Translations under genes and position numbers: made by a program
Origin: Promethearchaeati archaeon
GTDB lineage: Archaea; Asgardarchaeota; Heimdallarchaeia; Heimdallarchaeales; Heimdallarchaeaceae
Direction of reading: 5' to 3'
DNA: 56,439 nt
Assembly: GCA_013166775.1 (NCBI GenBank)
Contig: JABLTJ010000022.1
Span: 1-56,439, forward strand
Notes under the pieces: model-generated
What the model saw: the letters and a program-made list of their open reading frames with translations, nothing else
Database searches by the model: none
Told to the model about the DNA's origin: nothing
In this document: piece after piece, positions 48,345 to 56,439 of the stretch
How the letters are laid out: every line of letters begins with the position of its first letter
How positions within the stretch are numbered: position 1 is the first letter of the stretch

Positions 48345-50453
48345 TTACTTATGGTAATCATAAAAACTTTGCATTTTCTTTTCCAGATTTTCTTCTTCTG
48401 GTTGTACAACTACAATATTTTGCTTCAACCAATTTGGTAAATGCTTCTTATAATAAAATCGTGCAAATCTATAATCCATTAGAACAATGACTCCGAAATC
48501 CTCTAAACTTCTTATGGGTCTTCCTGCTGCTTGTGAAGCTCTAGTAAGTGCTGGTAGATTGTATCCATACTCTCTACCTTTCGTTGGAAATTGGTCTTCT
48601 AGGTATTCAATTGTTGCATCCAATGATGGACTAGGTTTTGCATAAGGAATGCCTATGATTATTACGCTCTGCATCTCTTCCGCAGGATAATCACTACCTT
48701 CTGAAGATCTACCACCGAGAACAGAAATAAGGACTCCTCCTGAATTTCTAGCTTCATCTTTAAAATTGTCAACCAAATCATCAGTATCAAACGAGGACAT
48801 CCCTCTTCGAGCAATATAAACTGGTCTTGCTATTCTGTTCTCTAGTCCATGTTTCAATAATCCATCCATAATAGTATAGCTTGCACAGAACACACCTACA
48901 TTTTTAGGGGTGTTCTCAATAACAGTTGCAATTGCATCTACTATTTTTAGGTAGTTTGCGGGAATTCTATCCTCTAGTTTTGAGGAAACTTTATCGACCA
49001 CAACAGTCAAATGATTTTCTTTTTTGTATGGTGATGGCAAATCAAGACTCACAATTTTGTTCTTCTCTAAACCTATTATTTCAGAATAGGCATTGATAGG
49101 CTCCAAAGTTCCAGATAATGACACTGAAGCATATACTTTATCATAAATTTCTTTTGTGATGTTTCTTGCATCGAGAGAGAGAACAATTAGTTTTGGAATT
49201 GGATTCCCTCCTCGTGACTGGACTTTGGTTATAAAATGTGCATAATCGTCTCTTGTCTTTGTGTTATATAACAATGCTAATGATCGTGCAACAGATGAAA
49301 TATAGGAAAAGGGAGCCTTGTTTTGCTGAATGAGATTTTTCTTAGCTAATTCTCCCATCTTATTTAAGGTTTTAATTAAATCTTCATCTATTTTATTCTG
49401 TGCTCTTTTTTCAACAATAGCTAGAAATTTAGTAGCCTCTATTCTCTTCTCTTCATCTACTTTTAGGTTCTTAGTTTCGATATTGAGAACATGAGAAAGA
49501 GCTTCTAGAGTATCATAAATCTCTCCCATCCTATGTTTTATAGCTTCTTTTTCTGCACTTTCGACAGTATAACTGGATAATGTTGAACTACTTACATCAA
49601 TTGCAGTTGAAGGAAGATTATGTGCTTCATCAACTATTAAAATGACATCCTTTAATTCCTTCTCCAAACTGTTGAAAAAGGTGGTTTGAATGTGAGGATT
49701 AAACACATATTGATAACTACATGCAACGACATCTGCTTTTGGAAGAAGATCGTATGTTATCTCAAAAGGACATACTTCAAGAGACTTACCAATATCTAGC
49801 AGTTCTTGACCATCGATAACTTGTTTCTTTGTAATCTCCTCCAATTTAATCTGGACATTCTTGTTTGCTAATCGATTGAAATATTTGCACTTTCCACCTT
49901 CTTTTAAGTATCTACAGATGTCTGAAGCATTTCCTGCATCTACTGCAAATTTCTGAACTATAGGGTGAAGACATATCTCTTTCCTTCCCCTCAAAGCTAT
50001 TCCAGTTACAGGTTTCAGCTGTTTAATCATCTTGAGCTCTGAGATCACTCTGCCCATTTGTTGGTGAGTTCTGCAACTATAAACTATGGTTTTCTTTTTA
50101 TTTTTACTTTCAAGAAGCAGTGCAGCAAGAACAGCAATAGTTTTGCCAACACCATTTGCTGCTTGAATTATGAAATGAGGTTTTTTATTTATTTTTGTGA
50201 AAATTGCTTCACTAATTTCTCTTTGTAAAGGTCTAATTTCTAAATAAGGGAAAAAATCTTCCCAATTCCCTTTGGATGGTTGGTTCTTAATCTGTACTTC
50301 TTCTTTTTCCAATTTAGAACTAATTTGTTTATTAGGTAGTCTCTCTCCGCACTTAGTGCATCTAGTACCTAATCGATCAGTAATTAGTATTTTTCCACAA
50401 TCAGAGCAAAAAACATAGGAATCTGAATAGTGATTGTCTTCATTTTCGTTCAT
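48345..50453 (-). CDS. xpd: XPD/Rad3-family Fe-S DNA helicase with N-terminal zinc ribbon
   Basis: FPY..IRPLQ, AANGVGKT, RTHQQ, four Fe-S Cys (CLHP/ICR/CKY/CPF), VDEAHNL, SGTL, SEGSDY, GIPY, QAAGRPIR, DYRF. Confidence 0.93.
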   Translation of the reverse strand: MNENEDNHYSDSYVFCSDCGKILITDRLGTRCTKCGERLPNKQISSKLEKEEVQIKNQPSKGNWEDFFPYLEIRPLQREISEAIFTKINKKPHFIIQAANGVGKTIAVLAALLLESKNKKKTIVYSCRTHQQMGRVISELKMIKQLKPVTGIALRGRKEICLHPIVQKFAVDAGNASDICRYLKEGGKCKYFNRLANKNVQIKLEEITKKQVIDGQELLDIGKSLEVCPFEITYDLLPKADVVACSYQYVFNPHIQTTFFNSLEKELKDVILIVDEAHNLPSTAIDVSSSTLSSYTVESAEKEAIKHRMGEIYDTLEALSHVLNIETKNLKVDEEKRIEATKFLAIVEKRAQNKIDEDLIKTLNKMGELAKKNLIQQNKAPFSYISSVARSLALLYNTKTRDDYAHFITKVQSRGGNPIPKLIVLSLDARNITKEIYDKVYASVSLSGTLEPINAYSEIIGLEKNKIVSLDLPSPYKKENHLTVVVDKVSSKLEDRIPANYLKIVDAIATVIENTPKNVGVFCASYTIMDGLLKHGLENRIARPVYIARRGMSSFDTDDLVDNFKDEARNSGGVLISVLGGRSSEGSDYPAEEMQSVIIIGIPYAKPSPSLDATIEYLEDQFPTKGREYGYNLPALTRASQAAGRPIRSLEDFGVIVLMDYRFARFYYKKHLPNWLKQNIVVVQPEEENLEKKMQSFYDYHK

Positions 50454-50781
50454 AGTTCTTTTCTCAACTCAATTGATAGTAATAAAAAGGTTTGTCAAGG
50501 AGGTAGAAAAAAATATTGAAAGTGAAGAAAGAATAACAGATTTTTTATATCATTTTTGGATTAAAAATACGTTTCATGGATTCATTTATTAATTTCCAAA
50601 GCTTATTATTTCTTTAGACAGCTTTCAACCAGGCTTTCGAAAGAAAACTAGCAAATATTTAAATACAACAGACAGAGAAAAAATATTTCAATAGGGATTA
50701 AGCGGTCTTAGGAACTAGCAATTTAAAAACTAAATCCTTTCATATTTAGGGGTTAAACTAAGTCTGGTTTGGTAAAGCTTA

Positions 50782-52557
50782 ATGACTCAAGAAAATAAAA
50801 GAACTATAGATCAAGTGTTGGAAAATACTACCGTCCTATTGGAGACTATAGTTTCTGACGTTATACACTCAACTGAAAAAATATATGGTAGTCACCTACC
50901 TGGGGAGATGGGTCCAAGCTTATTTGATTTTAAAAATGATGATTTTCTTGATGACTTTACCTATAATATTGAAACAATAAAAAACACTTTAGTAAAAAAC
51001 ATATCCTCACTCCCGTATGAGAAATTTGATGAGATATTGATACTCGCAAATCTTTTACTTGAGATTAAGGAATTTGATCTTGCTATAGTTCTTTATGAAA
51101 ATCTCATAAAACAAAAATCTGATAATCATTTTGCATGGGCTAATTTGATGTCAATTTACATTTACAAGAGGGAAAATGAAAAAGCTATGGAGTGTTATTT
51201 ACACTTACCACCAGAATTTATTGGACACTCAACAAATGAGAAAAAGAATCCTGAGAATAATTCCTATAGAATACTTAACATTTCATCAACATATCCTCTA
51301 CATTCCTCCCTGAGGTCATTGGGAGGAAGATTAGAAGAATCAACAGAATTGAAACAACAATATGAGAAGGAATTGAGAGAACTTTATTCCATGAGTGATT
51401 TTGTTAAAGGTCAAGAAGCTTTGGCAAACAATAATTTCGATGAAGCTTTCATTCTTTTTTCAAGTTTATTGCAAGGACAACCAGAGAGTCATCTACTGTT
51501 ATTCTTCACAGGAAAAGCAGCTGCTGAAGGAAAACATTATCTCATAGCTGAAGAAAATTTCAAAAAAGCCATTCAGATAAAAAATGATATACCTGAATAT
51601 TGGAATGAGCTAGCAGAAACCTTCTTTGCTCAGCATAAAAATGAACAAGGAATCAAAGCTCTGAAGACAGCACTTACTCTGGATTCTTCTTGTAAGGAAT
51701 GTTGGGATTTAGCAGGTCGTACTATAAATATATTAGAATCACTTAATGAATACGATTATTTCATTAAACAAATTCAACTTATGCCTTCAGCAGATGCAAT
51801 CCTGAAATTTGTGGGTGGATTAATTTCAAGAAAACGTTTTGAAAATGCATTAGAGGTTCTACAAATTGGTGTATCTAAATTTCCTGAGGAAACAAGGATA
51901 TTAGAACACTTAGCACTTGTTTATGAAAGAATGGGTAAATTCGATGAAGCTATTTCAATCTATGAAGAATTACTTATGGATGGGAAATCAGTTCAAAAAT
52001 ACCTACAGAAAATAACTTCTATATTATCAATTTTACATGACGATAAAAGATTGGTTAGAATACTTAAAATGGTTTCATCTTATCTTCCATGGGATGAAAC
52101 AACTCTGTGGAATAAAATTGGTGACTTATTAATGAGGGCTAAAGATTACTTGGGAGCAAGTGAAGCTTTTAGAAAAGTTGTTTCATTCGATGAAAATGAC
52201 CCAACAATACAATTTAATCTTGCTCTTGCGTACCAAGAATTAAAATTATATAAGAAAGCAGAGGAAACATACAGAAAAGTATTGGAATTAAATCCAAACG
52301 ATCACGCTGCATTAAACAATTTCGGAAACGTTCTGAAGGAACTAAAAAGGTATGATGAAGCTATCGAAGCGTATCAAACAGCAATAGAAATTGAACCCAT
52401 CAAAGCTATTTCTTGGGCTAATCTTGGAATTCTTTATGAAGAATTAAAACTAAAGAATGAGGCAAAAGATTGTTATCAAAAAGCTAAAGATATAGCACTT
52501 AAGAATAAAGATTATAAAACAGCATCTAAGTTTGAAGAATGGGAAAACTCAGTATAA
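50782..52557 (+). CDS. Tetratricopeptide repeat protein
   Basis: Multiple TPR consensus units, e.g. AEETYRKVLELNPNDHAALNNFGNVL and AIEAYQTAIEIEP. Confidence 0.92.
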   Translation: MTQENKRTIDQVLENTTVLLETIVSDVIHSTEKIYGSHLPGEMGPSLFDFKNDDFLDDFTYNIETIKNTLVKNISSLPYEKFDEILILANLLLEIKEFDLAIVLYENLIKQKSDNHFAWANLMSIYIYKRENEKAMECYLHLPPEFIGHSTNEKKNPENNSYRILNISSTYPLHSSLRSLGGRLEESTELKQQYEKELRELYSMSDFVKGQEALANNNFDEAFILFSSLLQGQPESHLLLFFTGKAAAEGKHYLIAEENFKKAIQIKNDIPEYWNELAETFFAQHKNEQGIKALKTALTLDSSCKECWDLAGRTINILESLNEYDYFIKQIQLMPSADAILKFVGGLISRKRFENALEVLQIGVSKFPEETRILEHLALVYERMGKFDEAISIYEELLMDGKSVQKYLQKITSILSILHDDKRLVRILKMVSSYLPWDETTLWNKIGDLLMRAKDYLGASEAFRKVVSFDENDPTIQFNLALAYQELKLYKKAEETYRKVLELNPNDHAALNNFGNVLKELKRYDEAIEAYQTAIEIEPIKAISWANLGILYEELKLKNEAKDCYQKAKDIALKNKDYKTASKFEEWENSV

Positions 52558-52576
52558 TCGTTGATTCTGTGATAGA

Positions 52577-53104
52577 ATGGTTTTTGAAGAAGATAGATTT
52601 AAAATAAACTGGAAAGAAGCACAAAATTCTATAGCTAAGTTTTTAGCTGACAACAGTTTTATGATTTGGGAAGAAAGAAGTTTATACAATAAAAGAGTAG
52701 ACATTTTAGCAAAACGAACTTACAGGAATAAGATTTTCTACCTTGTTTTTGAAGTGAAACATTACAACAATGTCACAGCTAGCGTAGAAGAGAAATTTAG
52801 AAAACAACTTGAAGAATATCTCAAATTACTAATCAAGAGGGAAGTAAAAAGGAAATCAGATAGACAAATTTCTAATAATTATGTATTTGTAGGTTATCTA
52901 GTTTTATCAAAAGATTATGGTATTTATCTAAATAGAAGAAAGAATTGGATAAAGAAACAGCAATTTGCTAAAGATTCGAATCTTGATAAAATATGGAGAA
53001 GGAATGTCTATCTTTTCTGCTCAACTGAGGATTTCATTCAGAAAAACCTTGAAGATATTGGATTACCATTTTATTCTCAATCAAAACTAAGCGATTTTTT
53101 CTAA
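52577..53104 (+). CDS. PD-(D/E)xK nuclease-fold protein
   Basis: RVDILAKR...LVFEVKH...QLEEY motif order. Confidence 0.7.
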   Translation: MVFEEDRFKINWKEAQNSIAKFLADNSFMIWEERSLYNKRVDILAKRTYRNKIFYLVFEVKHYNNVTASVEEKFRKQLEEYLKLLIKREVKRKSDRQISNNYVFVGYLVLSKDYGIYLNRRKNWIKKQQFAKDSNLDKIWRRNVYLFCSTEDFIQKNLEDIGLPFYSQSKLSDFF

Positions 53105-53153
53105 ATAGGGATAATAACAAGAGTAAAAAACCCAATAACGCTTAAAATATCAG

Positions 53154-54062
53154 ATGAGTTCTAGCATATCAGACTACAAAGATATACTATACTCAATACA
53201 TATTTTGGAACAAGGAGTCAGTATTCACAGCGAAAAATTCGATGAATTTCTGAATATCGATGACATATTGTTGTTTGGTTTCATGTCAGCTTTACATAGT
53301 TATACATACTCTGTTGGTCAAGAAGAAGTAAAATCCATAGATTTTGGTACATGCAAATTTATCTTCGAACCTCTCAACAAGGATAAACTTTTAGTAATAA
53401 TTGCGAAAAAAGCTATCCCGTTTGAGGAGGAAATTGAACTTGTTCAAAGCCTAAAGATAAGATTTGAAGTTATATCTGCTTCTGGATCCATTAAACGGGG
53501 TAGTTCATTACTAGATGTTAAAGAACGAATGATACCATTTGAATTGATTTTAGAAATGAGAAGGAAGGGAGAAAAGGAAGAAGCAAGTGAAAAAGCTTCA
53601 AAAGTCGATCTTTCAATCCCTGCTATTCCTGAGATAAAATCAGAAGAATTCTATTTTGAATGTCTTATGAATGAAAAAGTGTTAACAGAAAATAAAATCA
53701 TGTATATTAAAAGAACTCTAAGCAATTTTTTTCTTGGATATAAAAAACTAATCCTGGGATTCTTTGTCATGGGAAAAGAAGAACAACTAACATCTTTTGC
53801 TTATAGTAGAAAAGAAATCAATGAAATCTTCCCTCTTATCCAACAAATCCTTAACGACAAAACCATAACAGAAAAAGAACTCTCAGAGGAAATGAATTTT
53901 TATAAGAAAATAGAATTTGAAAACCAAAAGATTTGGGTATTAACTCACGCTTCAAATAAATATGCTGCGAGAGTTATATTTTTCAGTATGTCAAAGGCAG
54001 AACTTGAATCTATGGCTCCTCATTTAAGTAGAATTATGTATTTTGTCAATAAATTAATCTAG
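53154..54062 (+). CDS. Longin/roadblock-like domain protein
   Basis: SIHILEQGVSIH...DDILLFGFMSAL...VKSIDFG..KFIF...LLVIIA, the same pattern as the cytoplasmic domain of the 1-4062 protein. Confidence 0.65.
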   Translation: MSSSISDYKDILYSIHILEQGVSIHSEKFDEFLNIDDILLFGFMSALHSYTYSVGQEEVKSIDFGTCKFIFEPLNKDKLLVIIAKKAIPFEEEIELVQSLKIRFEVISASGSIKRGSSLLDVKERMIPFELILEMRRKGEKEEASEKASKVDLSIPAIPEIKSEEFYFECLMNEKVLTENKIMYIKRTLSNFFLGYKKLILGFFVMGKEEQLTSFAYSRKEINEIFPLIQQILNDKTITEKELSEEMNFYKKIEFENQKIWVLTHASNKYAARVIFFSMSKAELESMAPHLSRIMYFVNKLI

Positions 54063-54132
54063 AAATGTTTTAAATACCTTAATTCAAAGATAATATTGAA
54101 ATACTATAAGTTCTACAACATACTGTAGAGTA

Positions 54133-54522
54133 ATGGTGGGTAATATGAGCCTATCTGGACAACAAATAGAAGAAATGTTACGTGAATTTGAATCGAACAC
54201 TGAAGGTGTTCTGGGCTGTTCAATAATTTATGCGAAAGATGCGCTGCTTCTAGCAGAATCTTCTCAACAATTTGAACGATTGGTTATACAGTGGTTGAGT
54301 GAAAAAATGCTATCACTTGCCAAAGAATCTCTGCAACAATTGATGAAAGAATATACTCTCATGAGTGTAACGATAGAAGAAAAGGATCATTTTGTTTATT
54401 TGAGACCAATTGGGGAAGAATATTACGCTGTTATAATCACAACTAAAGAAGAGAATAGAGGTTTATTAGAACACAACATTAAACGGTTATTACAAAGACT
54501 AACACCAATGATGGTAACCTAA
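54133..54522 (+). CDS. Roadblock/LC7 domain protein
   Basis: IEEMLREFESNTEGVLGCSII..DALLLAES...VTIEEKDHFVYLRPIGEEYYAVIIT...NRGLL. Confidence 0.85.
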   Translation: MVGNMSLSGQQIEEMLREFESNTEGVLGCSIIYAKDALLLAESSQQFERLVIQWLSEKMLSLAKESLQQLMKEYTLMSVTIEEKDHFVYLRPIGEEYYAVIITTKEENRGLLEHNIKRLLQRLTPMMVT

Positions 54523-54546
54523 AAAACAAATCAGAGGTAGGAGATT

Positions 54547-54933
54547 GTGGATGTCACGACACTAAAAATTCTTGCTAGAATGGCAAAAGGAGAAGAAGGG
54601 CAAAATGTAAGGTTTCATTTTGTTTCTTCCGACTCCACGAATGTTCTTTGCTCATGTTCTACATTGGAAGAATTATACGAATGCGTTATGAAGACTGATC
54701 CGAAGATTCTGATTAAACATGTATGTTCCTGTGAAGAAGTAGATAAGATTGAAGGAACCAGAGATCTTGCATTCTATATTCATTATGTATTTGGTGATGC
54801 AGAGCTCTCTATGAAAATCTATAACCTAGCAGAACGTTTAGCAGATGAACCTGATAAACTGAAACTAGAACTTGGTAATCTATTATTCACAAGATTACTA
54901 AATTTCAGTGAAATAGCACTCATACCAGATTAA
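54547..54933 (+). CDS. Hypothetical protein, DUF5752-like
   Basis: FHF...TLEELYE......I..H...DLAFYIHYVFGDAELS.KI resembles DUF5752. Confidence 0.5.
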   Translation: MDVTTLKILARMAKGEEGQNVRFHFVSSDSTNVLCSCSTLEELYECVMKTDPKILIKHVCSCEEVDKIEGTRDLAFYIHYVFGDAELSMKIYNLAERLADEPDKLKLELGNLLFTRLLNFSEIALIPD

Positions 54934-54961
54934 ATGAAGCCGCACAAATTCTTTTAGTTAT

Positions 54962-56398
54962 CTATTTTTTCTTTCTTCGAAAAACTTTCTTTACGCCACC
55001 TTTAGTCTTGGAATAAGCTCCCCCTATTGCACCTGCTACTTTTTTAGTAGGAGAGACAATTACTTTTCTAGCAGCAGATTTTGCTCCTACCTTAATTCCT
55101 TCTTTGATAACCATGTTGGCATATTGTTTCCATGAATCTTCTCCTCTTCGTATTCTATCTAACCTCTCAACTAATTCATCGAAAGGAGGTAAGAACTCAA
55201 ATCTATATAATTCAGGAGAAGCATATCTCCTAAAGTTTTCAGACATTCTGTAATTTAGAAGGAGAAATATGATAATACAAGCTAACAAGATAATTGCAAA
55301 TTTATCTCTTAAACCTGCAAGTTCAGTTTTTGATAAATAAAAAACACTGAATAGATCATCTTCTGTTAGAAACTGAAGATAAGTCACATGATAGCTTAAT
55401 ATTAAACCCATAACTGTCATCAGAACTCCTAATGGAGATAAGAATCTTGGAATTCTTAACAAGAACCACTTACTTACTTCTTCCAATTCTGTGATTTCTT
55501 TATCCTTCTTTTTCTTAGTTTCCTCTACTTCTTCCAAAACTAATTCTTCGGATATCCCCTTTTCTATTCTTTTCACTCTTCTGCCATATGTAGAGACTGT
55601 ATAGAAAATCAGGAAAAGAGCTATCAAAACACTTCCAACATTGTCTCTTGCATCGTTTCCCTGTGCAGTATAGAAAGTCAATTTCCACAATGTAAAAGAA
55701 GCAAATACATAGAAGAAAGCAAGGATAGTGTAAAAGACATCATCACTTTTACCAAATCTGAATATCATCAAGTTCACTAGAACAACTGCAAGTACTGCAA
55801 ATCCTGCAGTAATAATCAGTGTTATTTGTAGAGGATTTATTGCTTTGTAGATTAGAAATCCACCCATACCTGCATTAGTGAGTGTTAACACGAATACAAA
55901 CCATCCAAAGATGATTGTTCCTTCTCCATCTTGCTTACCTAGAAACATAATACTTCCTAGAACCTTATTTCCCCAAAAATTTCTTGAGAGTGAAAAAGTG
56001 ATAAAGACTGAAACTAGAATCCAAGAAAGATAACCAATAGTTGCTATGTATGGAGAAATTACATCTACAAAATAGAGGAGTACAGCTCCTCCTGCTGTAG
56101 TTAAGAATGCTGGACCTACCCAGAATTTAAATGGGTATCTAGCAAAACAAATTCCAAAGAATACGTACGTGACTGCAGCGGATAATTCTATCGCTACAAG
56201 AATATCTCCTACTATTCCTAATATCTCACCAGAAACATTTTGCAACTGCCTTTCAATTAGATAAAAAACAGTAGAAGTTATTGTAATAAGTATAAATGCA
56301 ACTGTGTAGAAAATGTATTTTCTGCTGAAAAGAACTTTAATCCCAGTTGTAAAAATGCTCTTAATGTATTTGTAAAAAGCTTTCTCAACATATGACAT
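54962..56398 (-). CDS. Polytopic membrane protein of unknown function
   Basis: Roughly 10-11 hydrophobic segments, a charged loop and a basic C-terminal extension. Confidence 0.8.
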   Translation of the reverse strand: MSYVEKAFYKYIKSIFTTGIKVLFSRKYIFYTVAFILITITSTVFYLIERQLQNVSGEILGIVGDILVAIELSAAVTYVFFGICFARYPFKFWVGPAFLTTAGGAVLLYFVDVISPYIATIGYLSWILVSVFITFSLSRNFWGNKVLGSIMFLGKQDGEGTIIFGWFVFVLTLTNAGMGGFLIYKAINPLQITLIITAGFAVLAVVLVNLMIFRFGKSDDVFYTILAFFYVFASFTLWKLTFYTAQGNDARDNVGSVLIALFLIFYTVSTYGRRVKRIEKGISEELVLEEVEETKKKKDKEITELEEVSKWFLLRIPRFLSPLGVLMTVMGLILSYHVTYLQFLTEDDLFSVFYLSKTELAGLRDKFAIILLACIIIFLLLNYRMSENFRRYASPELYRFEFLPPFDELVERLDRIRRGEDSWKQYANMVIKEGIKVGAKSAARKVIVSPTKKVAGAIGGAYSKTKGGVKKVFRRKKK

Positions 56399-56439
56399 AA
56401 TAAGGATTATTGAACCGATACATAAAAAAGTTTGTAAAA

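Noticed and set aside
50454-50781. ncRNA or replication origin in the 328-bp divergent intergenic region (repeated AACTAGCAA, weak hairpin)
   Set aside because: No ORB-like, tRNA or C/D-box features recognised; it is explainable as two divergent promoters.
52577-53104. Restriction-modification or defence island
   Set aside because: No methyltransferase, other defence gene or mobility gene nearby.

Overview
AT-rich, gene-dense archaeal chromosome segment. It most likely comes from an Asgard archaeon (Heimdallarchaeia-like). This is inferred from archaeal-type PheS/PheT/AlaS, TFB, split Kae1/Bud32 and XPD, together with several eukaryote-signature-like proteins: longin/roadblock-type domains, a RING protein, a JAMM/MPN+ protease and a eukaryote-like primase pair. 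I saw no rRNA, tRNA, CRISPR array or mobile element. About 46 CDS are supportable. The most notable items are: (1) a 16.3-23.2 kb cluster with three paralogous roadblock-like proteins (two with an extra longin-like N-domain), an acidic disordered protein, a kinase-fold protein and a tail-anchored JAMM protease; (2) a B12-binding radical SAM gene between kae1 and bud32, a candidate t6A-hypermodifying enzyme; (3) a 5'-truncated receptor-like giant protein with 5 x 104-aa tandem repeats, one TM helix and a cytoplasmic longin-like domain; (4) a protein with about 8 winged-helix repeats plus a RING finger; (5) a GcvH-like protein lacking the lipoyl lysine. All family and fold calls are by motif recognition only; no searches were run.
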